Positions 47,901 to 62,045 of a DNA stretch of 64,000 nt are shown piece by piece. Within the stretch, counting starts at the first letter, position 1, and each line of letters begins with the position of its first letter. The position numbers and the translations under genes are program-made. The notes beneath the pieces were generated by a model. The model made no database searches. It saw only the letters and a list, made by a program, of their open reading frames with translations, and had not been told where the DNA came from. This stretch comes from Anthoceros angustus (taxonomy: Eukaryota; Plantae; Anthocerotophyta): assembly GCA_010909165.1 (NCBI GenBank), contig MU008198.1, forward strand, positions 1 to 64,000, in the 5' to 3' direction.

Positions 47901-50900
47901 TTGGCCTCTGGTCCTTCACGTTTGACGAACTCCTTCAGGCCTTCCATGACTATGTGGGTTATTTTTCTAAACGGTTTCTTTCGTCTCTTAACGGTTGCTT
48001 CTTAATGGGTTCTTGGTTGCTGTGGACATCTTTTTCAGGTTTGTGATGCTGTGGGATTAATTATTTATGTAATTTTTGTAGGATCCACGATTGCTTGGTG
48101 ACATTCATGTTGCCCTCTTGAGAACCCTGGTGAAGGATATTGAAGAAGCATCACAAGCAGCTGTCACTGTTCCTGGGGGCAATCAATATGCTTCCTTTGT
48201 CATATCAGGAGGTCATCCGGAAATTGTGGAGTCGGTGAGGATCTAACATAAATGCTTTGGAGAGGGGTTTTGTGTTGACTCTCATGGTTCCTTTGACTCT
48301 GATGCCTGCCTTGTCATTTCAGGCATATCGATGGGGTTTTGACATCCGAGAGTGGCGAACACATTTGAGTCCCTTGACTTGGCCGGAAATTTTGAGGCAG
48401 TTTGCACTTGCAGCAGGCATTGGGCCCAAGTGGAAGACGCGGAAGGTTGAGCCAAGTCAGGCCAAAGTGAATGTTAAGGTAAATGCTGCCTCATTGTGGC
48501 TTGTGTGTTCCTTTTTCTTTGTGATGCTTCTGCATGTCCTCAGACTTGAACGTGTACATCAGGTGACTGAAGGTGAAGATGTGGTCTCAACACTGCGGTC
48601 TGGTGCAGCTGCAGCAAATGCTGTTGCTTTGATGCAAGGAAAAGGGGTGGGCCAAGTACGTAGAAACCAGTACCGGATGACCCCTGGTACTGTGAAATTT
48701 GCTGCATTCCACATTTTGTCTCTCGAAGGAGACAAAGGTCTCAGTATTCCTCAGGTTGCTGATCTGATGCAGGTAATCGGTTGTTGTCAATAGGTTAGTA
48801 GCTGGGTTGAACTCTGTGTGCTACAAATCGAGTGGCCATGGAGATTTAACTCCAGTCCCGTTCGTGGCTAACCTGTAGTTGCAGAGACAGGTCAACTCAG
48901 GAGTGGATGGTGAGACTCGGTTTTTCTGTGTGTGTGACATCTGGTGATGTGTTTTGCAGAAAACCGGCCTTCGAGATTTAAGCCTCAGCAGGACTCCAGA
49001 GGCATCCATAGCAGCAGCCTTATCGAGGGATGCGAATTTGTTTGAGAGAGTTGCCCCTTCTACGTACTGTGTTCGTCCTGCCTTCAGGAAAGATCCTGCA
49101 GATAGAGAACAGGTGCTTGATGCTGCTAGAGAAAAAATTGCCCTTTTCAAGAGTGGACAACTTGAAGGAGAAGAAGCAGATAAGGAGGTCGAGGATCCAG
49201 AGGAAGCTGAAGAGGCTCTCAGAGACGAGGAGTATGGCTTGGAAGAACAGGAGGTTGATGATAAAGCCACTTATGCTGAACTCACCCCTGGGAAAGCTGT
49301 GTCTCCTTCGAAATCTGAGAAGGCTGTTAACTTGGGTGACGGTGAGAAGAAACTGCCAGTTCTTGTTACCAGTGCTTTAGCGGTCTCTCTATCAGAATTT
49401 GATAATGTTGATTTCTACATTCTGTGTGCAGATAATTATGCAGGAGAGAAAGATTTCCAGTCCCCAGAACACAATGCCACAGACAGAAACATTTCATGTG
49501 CTTTGACAGTTGGAGTGAACAATTCCAAGCATGCAGGAGATATCAAGGACGGTGGTACTCGACCAGAGAGCACAAAACCTGAATTAGCTTATACTGAGAC
49601 TGAGATAGATGAAAGCCAAGCTGGAGAGGCTTGGGTCCTGGGGTTGGCAGAAGGAGAGTATGGTGACCTTAGTGTTGAAGAGCGTTTGAATGCGCTGGTG
49701 GCTCTTGTGAATGTTGTGAATGAGGGTACAACTATTCGGCTTGCTCTTGAGGTATGGCTTGTTCTGGTGTAACAATTGGCACTTTGTACTACTTTGCTGA
49801 TGCACATCTGTTTTTGAAGGGGTTTTGCATTTAGTATGTCAAAATTGTGACAATGATTTTTTTTCTTGTGGCTAAACAGGATCGCCTGGAATCGGCACAA
49901 GCTCTGAAGAGGCAGATGTGGGTTGAAGCACAGCTGGACAGGCGGCGCTCCAAGGACGAGCCTGCAAGGTCGCAGGTTCCTGGCGCTGCTGGGGGCAAGG
50001 CAGAAGGAGCGAGTCCTAGTGGTGTGCTCGATGGTAGACAGAGCAGCCCATTGTTGAGCTTGGACAGCAAACAGGATATTGCTCAACTCAGGCTGCAAGG
50101 TGCTGAAGCCGGCGGGGCGAATGCTGGCGAGGGACATGTTGTGATATCTGCGAAAAAACCTCTAGCAGGGCAGGATTTGATAGCTGGTCAGGATGTTTCT
50201 GTGCCAGCATTTGTGCATCCAACTGAGAAGTCTCGGGCACAGTTGAAAGCAGACATTGGTGTTCGTGCAGAGGAGTTGTTTGTGTGTAGATCTGTGCCAT
50301 TGGGTCTTGATCGCAGACGGAACAGATACTGGCAGTTTGTAACCTCTAGTGTCGGAGAGGATCCAGGATGCGCTAGGATCTACTTTGAGTCGGTTGATGG
50401 TCGCTGGGAAGTGCTTGACACTGAGGAGGTGAGCTTGGTTCCTTTGATTTGACATGCTCTTACTCCTGTTTTGTTTTTTTCTAATTATCCGGCAGGATTT
50501 TAAAACTTGTGTGGATTGACAGACACTGGATGCTTTGATGACGTCACTGGACGTAAGGGGATGCCGTGAATTCAGTTTACATCAGAACCTTCTGCGGCTG
50601 GAGGGCTCATTACGCTCGGCAATTCGCAAGCAACAGAACTTGCAAGGTGATGTCAAGGTGGAGACTGGAGCAGATTGCCATCGTGAATCTGAAACTGGCT
50701 CTAGACATGAGCCATCTGGAATTATTGCATGCACAGCTGTTGATGGGAGTCCAGCAAGTGGTGTCTATGGACAGGATAATGATTTCCTGGACAGGAAGGC
50801 AGCCGTTTCTCTGGACCTTGGAAAAAATGAGCACCAAAGACGAAAGGCCCTGGAGCGCTACAGAGACCTTGATGTGTGGGTCTGGGGGACATCCTCCTTG

Positions 50901-52797
50901 CGAGCCAAGTCAGGCAAAAAGAGGGATCAGGAGCTGCTTTCCAACTGCTGTGTTTGCCATGATTTCTACTGGTTAAGAGATAAGCACTGTCCACACTGTC
51001 ATGGCACATTTGACCAGTCATCCAAGATATACACCAGGTTTCTTGAGCATACAAGAGAGTGTGAAGAGAGAATGAGAAATGGCGATCCCTCTTGGAAGCC
51101 GACAGAGCCATTTCCCTGCAGATTCCAGCAACTCAAGTCACAGTTACTTGCAATTGAGGTAATTGTCCGATTTGCTGTTTTTGCAGTTGTGCTCTGACCT
51201 GTTTTTTTATAATGTAGGGGAGTTTTTAATATTGTGGTTGCAGGGTGCTATACCTACTGCGGCTTTGAAGGTGCCGTGGAAGGATCAGCAACGGAAGACC
51301 TGGGTATCCAACCTGAAGCAAGCATCAGCGTCAGGAGAGGTTTTGCAGGTTGGTCTGGTTTGGAGTTAAAGTTTGAAGGCTTGGAATCTGCAATCCATGT
51401 TCCATTGCAAGTTTCCTTCATTCTCTTCAAGCAAGTTCCTAGGTGAAAAGAGTGTACTTTTCTGTGCAGGCTCTCGCGGATCTTGAGGACATTGTAAGTC
51501 GAGACTGGCTATTGTCATCCTACGATACAACTGAAGAAATGCTGAAGAATGTGCCAGAGTCAGTTGAGAACCACAATATTGATGAATCCAACCCTCGAGT
51601 CCTGCCCTGGATACCACAAACTACAGCTGCTGTTGCACTGCAAGTTTCTCTTTTTGATGCTGCTATTGCTTACAACCATGAGGAGAAACTGCAGAGGGAG
51701 AAGCAAAAGGAGGAAGATGCTAAAATTGTAAGTCGGTCACTCCTTTTGGCTGTTAAATACTATTTCTGTGTTTTTGCAGAGACTCTTCTTCACCCTTTCC
51801 TGTTGAAATCGTTATACAGGTGAAGGCTGGCGTATCAGCAGTAAAGACTTCACCAGAGTTGGTACCAGCAGACCGGAATGGTGCTAATGGTGCCGAAGAT
51901 GCTGCTGTAGATGTACCAGCAGATGGCAAGGGCCGCTCTCGTAAAAAGCGAGCTGATGGACAACCCAAAAACAAAAGTAAAGCTAGAACTAGCGGCGGTG
52001 GTGCTGGGGGTATAGGTGGACGAGATGGAGGTGGCAGTGGTAATGGAAGACTGGTGGGTGGTGCTAAGTCTTCTGTGGGTGTTGGAAAGAATGCAGGTGG
52101 AAGTGCCAAACGAGGCTTGAAGCGTAAGCTCCATTTCTCGGAAGATGGAACAGGGGTGACTGCAGATGCAGTTGACAATCAATTGCATGCCAAGGAGCAA
52201 AAACGCCCAAGAAGTGGAACAGGAAAAGCTGGGGGGCGACCACGAGGCCGGCCGCCAGGTCGGCCCCGGAACAAAGTAGCTGGTAGTGTGTCCCGTGGCG
52301 GTCGGAAGAGTAAAGTTGGATCGGTGGCCAAGCAGAAGGAAAGGGATCCGAATGAGCTTATGGCTTCAGCGGACGAAAGGCATCGGAAGCTTAGTCATGC
52401 AAGAGCACCTCATCATGATGAGGATACGGATGAAGACGATGAAGGATATCAGTACGTGGATGAACAAGGTGATTGGGGGCCTCCAGATGATACGGATGAA
52501 GGTGAGCAATACGAGGAGGAGCAGCTAGACGACGATAATGGGGAATATATGGAGGAAGATGGAAGCGGGGATGGAATGGACGAAGATGTAAGCGGGGATC
52601 CGGGTCATGGCCACCTCATGAGTGACCGCGACGAGGAGGATGAACCAGTGGACGAGGATGACGCGAGGGGTGAAGATGATGATGGATACACTGGGCTCCA
52701 GGAAACTGATGACGAAGATGCAACAGGTTATGCAGAAGATGCATCAGAGGATGATGCAGGGGAGCGGATGCCATCATACTCGTCTTCGGATGAGTGA
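44972..52797 (+). CDS. RLT: Homeobox-DDT domain protein RINGLET (RLT1/2-like), ISWI partner
   Basis: Homeodomain (QLEALEKAY...QLQVWFSHRRLKDRK), LREDGPPLGFEFDP, EYQFIPEQP, coiled coil, DDT (FADVLGLWSFTFDELLQAFHDYD, LTWPEILRQF), HARE-HTH (TPGTVKFAAFHILSLEG, SRTPEASIAAALSRD), WHIM1 (EGEYGDLSVEERLNAL), WSD (PLGLDRRRNRYWQF), Cys/His motif, VLPWIPQTTAAVAL and an acidic tail. Confidence 0.95.
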
Positions 52798-53761
52798 GGT
52801 GTGGCTAGCTCGGCCACACTTGTGAGAGCTGCCTCCTTTTTCGTGGCAGCTACTCGCCCGGAATTCCTCCATCGCGGTAGAAAGTGTATATATCCAACCT
52901 TGGCCTCCTCGACTTATGTGGAGATACTCCGAGAATTATAGTTTAGTATGTTCCTCTGTAGAGCAATTCTTCCATCGTCGTCGGTCAGGTTCTAAGATTT
53001 TTCCGACATGCTTGCCGGATGATCATAATTTAACTTTTGACAATTGACGAAATCCGCTTCGTTGTTAAACTTGTTTTAAATTGAGGTGAGCACAAGTCTC
53101 AGCGTTCATTGGCAAAGCAGAACTCATCTTATACAGTGGACGAAGAAAATGTCGTTGCGTTGAATTTGACCAACAGATGAGCAGTTTTTTTGCTCAGCAG
53201 AAGCTTGCTGCGCTGACGTCCGAAAGAGGCCCAAAATCTTCTGTGTCTGCTGGTGCCGATACATGCGAAGCGTGTCAGTCCTACATTACCATCTGTGGCA
53301 ATCACATCTGATGAACAAACCAGCACCTTTCCCAGCCATCCAGTATACACGGTTGCTCGATGAGGCATTCAATTCCCCCATGCTCATTCCTGCGAACATA
53401 GGCTGTACAAAGCATAAGGACTAGTTCCTAAACGCAAAGGTAGTTGCTATTCATCGTACAATCAAGCAAATCAATAGGAGGTGTACCGCTGTACCTGCAA
53501 AATGTGGCCTTTGCCTACTTTAGCTATCTATCGTTCAATGTCCCAAGGGCCCTTGGGCAAATATGGAAGAGGATCTTGCTGATGGCAACTCCCCCCACCA
53601 GAACACCTCAGTCACTATCAAGCGAATACCCGGCTCCACTTGACAACCGTTGACTGTTATTCACCAACTCAAGCTCAGGTTCCATTCCCGCAAGAATATG
53701 CCAAACTCAGGTTCGCAGTGCTTAGCTTAACGGTTTTCAAAAGACTTGTAGGCTAACCTTA

Positions 53762-56700
53762 TCAAAAGAATGTTAACAGAATCCAAGAATGGATGAACAG
53801 CCAGTAGATGATTAGCCCCACCCGGGCTGAAGGCTGCTTCATCAGTAGTCTGCCCCCTGCAACACTGCAAAGCAAAAGTGTTAATACTTGGATACAGAAA
53901 AGGAAAAAGCAAGATCACACACAAGCACCACGTTCTCACCACAGCCCATCAAGACGCTCTGCTATCGACCTCATCCCTTTTGGTGTGTACCTTGCCTTTG
54001 CAAGAGACTTGTAGTCATGCCCTGAGCAATGGTGAACAGCATTTCAAAGCAAGCTTTACAACCGAGACAGGCTAAAATTTGACAGCAAACATCTCACACA
54101 CACGAAAAAGAAGACCTTTATCATCAAAGTTGTCCAACAATTGTTCCTCCAAGTCAACCTCCACAATGACATCACTTGTGGGAAGCTTTCGTGGGCCCCG
54201 CACATGAGCAGCAGCAGCGGCATTTCCAGCTGGAACTCGTTTGGTTCTTTGTCCCTGCAACGAGCAGTTCAGCGTTAGGGACCTTCAGGCAGCTAATTTT
54301 CATGGAATGATGCTTGAAGCAAAGTTTTACCAAGTCATCTATCTCGAGAAGCTGCAAATCATCCATGGTTAAAGATGAACTCTGCTGAGGCTCCTTCTTC
54401 TGTAGCACTCCTTCCAAGGCTGCTTTTTCTGCTGCCAGGACTTGCAGCTCAGTTCTCAAATCTTGAATCTGGCCATCTTTCTTCACCATATGGGCTCGCC
54501 ATCCCTCCACTTGTGCATTAACTGTTTCCAGGAAGCTCTGGAGTTCACCTAAGGCAGGTTGGATGCCTTGCTCATCACTTTTCATGCTGTCCATCGGTCG
54601 GGTTGTCAGATTAACTTGAGCTCCAGACACACCCAACCTATCTCGTGCTTTTAAGAGCATGCCCACCAATTCACCTTGGAGCTGCTCCAACTCCAAGTTT
54701 TGGCCTGCCTGGAATGCCTGAACTTGGCTTTGATGCTTGTCCAACTCTCCCACAAGCCTGGCTATTTCAGCATCCCGCTTTTCCAGATCCGTCTGGAGAC
54801 TCCCCAACAGCGCAACAAGCTCCTCTGACTGATGCAACAAAACATTGAGATTCTTGTAGTTTGTATTAAGCTTAGATATAGCCTTTGAACGTGATGCTTC
54901 TAGACTTTGCAAAGAGGCCTGCTTCTCACGCAAACCAGCTTCTAATTCCTTCACACGTTGTAAAAGTGTGTCATTTTGTGATTCGGCCTCGCTCAGAGCT
55001 AGGACGTGTGCTTCCAGATCTGCACAAGAGGTACCACACCTTAGATCTTCATAAGCCACAAGGACCTTGCAGTCCTAAGCCCCATATAGAGAACGCAAGT
55101 CATACCTTCATCCTTGGAGGACATGAGTTCATGTAGAGCAGCCAGGTCCTCCTGTAAATTTTTATAAGATTTGGCATCTTCAGCTGCTTTACTTTCTGCA
55201 GATTGCAACTTCGAGCGCACTGCCTGAAGCTCCTTATCCAGTTCAACATTCCGTGACTCCAGGGCAAGCATTTTCACCTCATCCACTTCCTTCCTGCTCA
55301 GCAAACTTTTCAGCGCCCCTTCGGATTGTGCCAGACGTTGTTTAATGTTCCCACATTCCCTCTCTTTTTCTCCCAGAGCTTTCTTTGACAGAGTCTGCAC
55401 ATCTTGCAACACTAGCTGCAACTGATCCCGCTCATCTCCGAGTTCAGCAGTTGCCCTTTCGTTGTCTGAAAGCTGTTGCTCCAGAGCAGATAGATGAGTT
55501 TGAAGCACGACTATTTCAGATTGACATTTCTTGAGGTCTTCTTGATGTATTGACAGCTCTCTCTCCCTCACAATTTTTGCTTGCTGCGCTGATCTACTCA
55601 CGGAGTGCACCACCTCCACAAGCTCTTGACACTTTTTAGTCAGAGAGCCATCGACAACAGGGACATTCCCTGATGAGTGAGGCTGAGCTTCAGAAGCACT
55701 CTGATTCTGAATGGTTCCTTTTTCTGCCTGTAGAAGATTCAATTCCGCAACAGACGAATTCAAGACGTCCACCACCATGATTAGAGAAGCCCTAAGAGAC
55801 TCAACCTCGTCATTGGTCTGATGTTTGAGCGATACCTCTGCCTTGAGTTTGGCAAGCTCATCATGTTGAATTTCACTGAGAGCTCGCAGTTCAATAAGCT
55901 CAGAGCCGAAGTTATCTGCATCAGACCGTGCTATATTCAGCTCTGCTGTTCGAGCTGCCAAAACGCCTCTCAGCTTCTCTACATCCTGTTCAGATTGTCC
56001 CTTAGAGACTCTCAAAACAGTGTTCTCCTCCAATAGAGGTTGTGCAGCCGCTGTCTGCTCAGTCAGCTGCAAAGCTATAGCTTTGTTTTCCAGAAGCAAT
56101 GCCTGATTCTCCTCCGACAGCACCTTAAGCTTAAGGTTCAACTCTCTTAATGATACATCCTTCAACTGCAACTCCACAACATGACAGCTAACAAGATCAT
56201 CCATCTGTGCATCCTTTGCAGCAACATTACGCTGCAAATTATCGTGTTCTAGTTTCAATGCTTTGCCCTTCCTCACAGCCATACTAAGTTTTTCCCTTGT
56301 TCCTGAGAGCCTGTGCTCCATTTCAATGAGTTGTGCTCGTAAAGAGCTTCTCTCACTCTCGGCTTCATCTAAGCTGTTCCTCATTTTCTGTGACTGTTGC
56401 GAAAAACCACTGATCTCCTCTTCCTGATGTGCCATGGTGGTGGCTGCTTCCTCAAGCCTAGCCGTTAACTCACTTATCTCATTGTCCTTTTCATCAATAG
56501 CTTTCTGGAGGCTCTTTACGAACTGGTCATAAGACTTTTGTCTGGCCTCAAATTCAGTTAATTGCTGGATCTGAACCAGAACTTTCCTCTTCAGCTCCTG
56601 ATGTTGTACCATCATATCTTTGTATACTCCGATAATCGTGCTCGGGAGAGAATCAAAGGTGGTGGGAAATGACACGATAGAGCCCAGTACTCCAGTGGAC

Positions 56701-59700
56701 GAGGATTTTGGGGGAACTTTTACAGTATTCACAAAAAATGCTTCCAAATCTGAACACATCTTGTCCCGAAGAGCAATCTCGGCATCCAACTTTTCGGCAG
56801 CCAAGACCAGCTGATCCTGCAAACCAGCCTTGGCAGATGCAGCTTGAGAAGCTTCTTCTGCCAAAACTGCCATGGCTTGCTTACAGTCTTGTAACTCGTT
56901 TCTGATGGAACCTCTTTCAACTTCAAACTCAGTAATGAGAACCTTTTCTCTTTCATGAGCATTCTCCAACTGAAGTGTCACCAAATTAGCATTCTCAAGC
57001 TCTCTTGACACTGCCTCTGATTGCTCCTGGACAACTTCTAAAAAGCTGGTAACCCACTCAACTTGGGACAACAGGTTCTTTTCCCTCAGATCATCAGGCA
57101 ATCTCGCTCTTTGAAAGTGGACCATACCGCTTGCAAGGGACGTAGCTTTCTGTAACTGCTGTTCGATACTAGAAAGAGATGCAGTCGCCGCTTCAAGCTC
57201 CAATTCTAATGATTGTACCCGCTCTACTGCAGCAGCAAATTTCCTTTGCAAGTTCTCCATCTCTGCCTGCAAGTTGGCAATGTCTTTGACCTGCTCAGCG
57301 GCAAATTCCGACCTGCTCTTTATCTGGATCAACAGCCCCTTGATGTCATCACTTCTCCCTGTGACCTCTGCAGTATACGGGGTATCAAGTTGTCCGCCAT
57401 CTTGCACAGGGAGGTTGTGAAAGTCCAACACATCAAGGATATGCAGAAGCTCTTGTCTGAAAGCAACTTGCATCTCAACAAAAGCCACATCAATAGCCCC
57501 CTTTTCTGTCATGCTCAATTCCAGGCCGTGGATTTGAGCTCTGAGGTCCACAAGCTCAGCCTGCAAAAGTTCCCTTGACATCACAATCTCATCCTTTTCA
57601 AGCTGCAATGTTCTAGTCTGATCCTCGGAAAGCCTTGCCAAGCTTTGCAGCTCCTCATTTCTCAAGGTAGCCTGTGTGAGCTGTTCCTCCAAACTGCAAT
57701 TCCTGTCGCAAATCTGCTTGACAATCCCATGCAAAGAATCGACTCCATATTCAGCTACACATGACCCATCTTTCAAAATTTCTGGAGCCTTATGTAACTC
57801 AGCAACCAGTTTTTGACACACTGCTAAAACGCGTGCTTCCATACTTTCAAGCGTTTTCAAGGAAGATTTGAGCCTTTCATCCTGCTCTTGACTATTCAGC
57901 TGGACATCTTCAAACTCCTCCTTGATTGCTCTCTTTTCAGATATTAGCTGACTTATTTCTGTGCCAGATTGTTCTCGGAAAGCTTTGTATTCCTCAGACA
58001 CTGTACTTACTTGGCTTTCCAAATTCAAGTTCTCCGTCGTCAGACCTTGAATTTGACCTCTAAGGTCGACAAGCTCAGACTGAAGGTGTTCGTTTGATGT
58101 CACCATATCATTCTTTTCAAGCTGCCATGTTCTAGACTGATCGTCAGCGTCTCTTACCAATCGTTGAAGGTCTTCATTTCTTAAGGTGATTCGTGTAAGC
58201 TCCTCCTTCAATGTGCGATTTCTATCACATATCTGCTTGATAATACCATGCAAAGCATGAAGTCCATATTCAGCTCCTGATGATCCACCATTGAAAACGT
58301 CTGGAGCCTCATCTACCTCGGCAACCAGCTGTTGACACCACAAAAAAACATTTTCTTCAACAGTTTTAAGGGTTTGTACAAACGACTTGATCTTTTCATC
58401 CTGCTCTTGACATGTCAGCTGCATAGCATCCAACTTCTCCTGAATGGCGTCTTTTTCAGATAGTAACTGACCTCTTTCCTTGACAGAGTGGTCAAGAAGA
58501 GCTTTGTACTCCTCCGATACAGCACTGAGTTGATTCTCCATATTTGAGTTCCACGATGCATCCCTATCCTTAAAGACGTGAATCTCTGCTAACTGAGACC
58601 TTGCCTGATCTGCCTCCTGTAATCTACTAAGAGCTGCTTCCAGTTCCAACCGACAGCTTTGCTCTGCATTTATACTAGCATCTCGTTCACGTTTCAGTGA
58701 AGCCACAGTCTCTCTGAGAGCTGTAACCTGACAAAATAGCTCAGATAACTGAGATCCAGCACGGACTGGTGGATCACTTTCGAGGTCTACATGATCAAAC
58801 TGAAGAGGCTTGGTTTCAAATTCTTGTATCAGCTTCCCAACACATGACGCAAGTCTTACACTGGCATCAGCAGACTTTGCAGAAGGGCTTGCATCCAGGC
58901 TTTCTGAAGGAAGCACCTGTCGTACGGCCTGCTCTAATTCCAGCGAGTTGGACTCAGTCCGTTGAATATGATCCTCTAGGCGTGTTGTCCAGGCAGCTTC
59001 CCTAGCATTTTGCTCCTGAATTTGCCCTTCCAAATATGCTATCTTTGCACTCAATTGATCCCGATCTACAGTTTGCTTTGTTATCAGCTCCAGCATATGT
59101 TGACGTAAATTCTGAAAAGCCGTATTCTCACTATCTAATGTCTCACGTGCCTGCAGACACACCCTGTTACTAAAGTCGTCATCTCCATTAATCAGCCCCT
59201 GCAATTCATTGCACAAAGAATCTATTTCCGCTATCCAATGAACTTTGATCTGCTCCAGTGCCTCTGTTTGTTTCTGAAGATCATCTCTGGCCTCCGTGAT
59301 AGCCAACAACTGCCGGTGCAATCCTGCTAACTCCCCTTCCAGCTCAGCCTTGGTTTGCACCATACCGTCACAAGCACTTCTTACTGTTGTAAGCTGGCCT
59401 CTGAGATTGAAATTTTCGTCCTTCAGTTGCACTATGGCCTGTTCAGACGTCACTAAGTCGCATTTAAGCTGGTCCCTCTCATCCGAGACGTCCTTGAGCT
59501 GCAGGGTGAGCAACTTCAGTTTAGAGCCCAGAAAACCGGTTTCTTCTTGCAGTTTGCTCAAAGCAACATCCCTGACCTCTAATTCAGACAGCAGCCTAGA
59601 CAACTCGTCTTCCAACTTCCTCCTTGCTTTTTCCAAGTCAAAAATTTGAGTCTGTGCAGCTTGTAGCTGCCCTGCCAGCAGTGTTTTCTCTGATAGCAAG

Positions 59701-61316
59701 CTTTGGTTCTCTCCTGATAGTGTTTCTATCCGAGCCACTTCTGAGACACTTTCTTGAGTTTGATGTTCTAGCTCTCTCTCCATAAGCCTTTTACTGTCAG
59801 TAACTTCTGCTAATGACTGTTTGCAAATAAGAAACTCCTTGACAATAGCCGCTCTCTCCTCAACACTAGTATCTAACTGAACTCGTAGATCCCGAACTTC
59901 GGTGATAAGCTCCTTATTCTTGTCGGCTTGCTCCTTCAATGACACCTGCGCTCTTTCGAGTTCACCTGATAGTTGCGTTTTGTCCTGCATTTCAATGCTC
60001 AGGTTCTCTCTTACGGAGGCAAGGTCATCTGTTAGAAGAGACTTGATGCCCTCAGTTTCGCTAAGTTGTTTCTTCAGTAAATGGAGCTGTGTGTCCATAG
60101 CTGCCTTCTCTGTGGTCATTTCAGTGTGTGCTTGCTGCAAATGCTGAACCTGATATGAAGCTGCTTCCAGTTCGTCTGAGAGATGACTATTTGTCTGCTC
60201 GAGACCAGAGATATGAGTGTGAGCTTTAGCAAGGTCATCTGCCTGAATGGACGCAGCTTCTTGGAATTTAAGAAACTCCTGCTTCACAACCTCTAAACTC
60301 GAACACAGAAGCGAATTTGAATGCTCCATTTCCAGAAACCTTTCCTTCGTTGCAGCAAGCTCTCTGCCCAGGAGCTGATTCTCTTCCACAGACTTGTGCA
60401 GTTCCACTTCAAGCTTGCTAGCCTTTGTGCAAGCTTCAGCTTTCTCCTCGTAGCAGCTTTCCAGCTGCTGCTTGCAGACAGAGAGATCAAGCCGCAGCTG
60501 CTCAGCCTCATCATTCGAGGCTTGAACCATCATCCTAAGCTTTGCACATTCCTCGTGGGCCATGTCCAGCTTGCGATTCAAGGCATCTGACTGAGCCCTG
60601 TCCTCTGCTGTCCTTTGTGCAGCTGCTAGCGCATTGGCTGAAATAACTGCCTGCCGTTCATGGCACTCAGCAACCTTGTCCTGTAGTGATCCTTGTGTGG
60701 ACGACAATTGGGATCTCAACTCCTGAATATCCTTCACAAGTCTGTCTTTAAGCTGGATGGCCTCATCCAGGTGTAGCTTCAAACTCTTGCAGTCTTCGTC
60801 TTGCTGTTTGTTGTCCACCTCTACCTCTTCATGCCTCGAAGGGCCCTGCAGGTTCAGAGCACAGACCCCCAGTTAAGCTTGCATAAGTGGTGGCATGTAA
60901 TCGGCAGCATCAGTCAAGCTTTCAGTTAGGGAGCAACATCTGAAAATATCTTACCCCCGCCGTGCCTTCATGGCCACCCTGGGTGGGCACATCCCGTGGC
61001 TCATATCTCGGCATCTCAGTTTCCACAGGCGGCAGAGACACGTCACTGGTTGGAGCAGGAGCTGGGTCTCCCACATCTTGTTGCTCTTGCGCCTCGCTAG
61101 AATTGCCCTGGCCCGTGCCAGTTTCCGCGGCCTTGGCTGAGCCTGACTTCTGTTGGCGCGTCTTGCGAAACTGTTCCAGCTGGCGCACGTAGAAACCATC
61201 AGCATGAACAAGGGTGAAGCACGATCCAGCAGAAGGCATCCAATGACTGAACTTGTTGCGCATACCCGCTTCTTTCCAGCTGCTCGCATCTCGTCCTTCG
61301 TGTTCGCCTTGTCCAT
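53762..61316 (-). CDS. TNO1: Giant tail-anchored coiled-coil golgin, TNO1-like (TGN-localized SYP41-interacting protein)
   Basis: N-terminal MDK...AAGKKRLEQFRK, a ~5.76 kb coiled-coil exon containing TREKLSMAVRKGKAL, and C-terminal DDK..HDYKSL...ERLDGLWVAGGRLLMKQPSARVGLIIYWLFIHSWILLTFF* (TM anchor). Confidence 0.85.
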
Positions 61317-62045
61317 GGTGTCCAAACCAGCGACAAACGTGGCTTCCAAACCAGCGCGACCTCAGCCTCGCAAGGCGTCTGGGCAGCTCCTGGCAAGAAG
61401 AGAGCAAAGCATGTCTTCTACCTCTGTGCGAGTGAATTGGCAGCGGATCAATGAGGAAAAGGAAACGTCGTGGTAAGGCGGAGCCTGCCCTGTTCTTGAC
61501 AAGAATTCCGCACTCAGATCGACAGGGGCAGGAGATGGAATCGACCAATCTCGAACTTGTCTTCTTCCATCTGCGCGGTACAGCACAGAGTGAGTCCAGG
61601 CCGCTGTCGCTAGCGGCAATAATGACTCACAACTACTATCCCACCCATCGCGGCTGCGCACTCTTCGGACACAGACGATCTCTCCAGCAAAATCGTACCT
61701 GTTCTCCCAGACAAGAAAATAGTGGAGCAGGGCAAACCATACCGGCGATCCGGCATGAAGCTAGTGGAGAGCCCGAGGGCGAGGAGCTCGGTGAAGTCCG
61801 ATCTCAGTGGAATTACGCATTGTTCCTGCTAGTTAAGGCAGAGTGACGAGGCTGGCCCCACACGAAACCGAATGAAAGCTGAGAACACAGTACTGTCCGT
61901 TTGACAAGCCGAGAACCCAAGGTGGAGGCTCGCTATTTGGGAACGTTGTCCAAGTCTTCAAAAGTACACAGCTCTGATAACTTATCTCGCTATACTCCAC
62001 CAGACGAGCTTGGCTTGAGCTCGAGGTAGCTGGTGGTGGAGGGGG

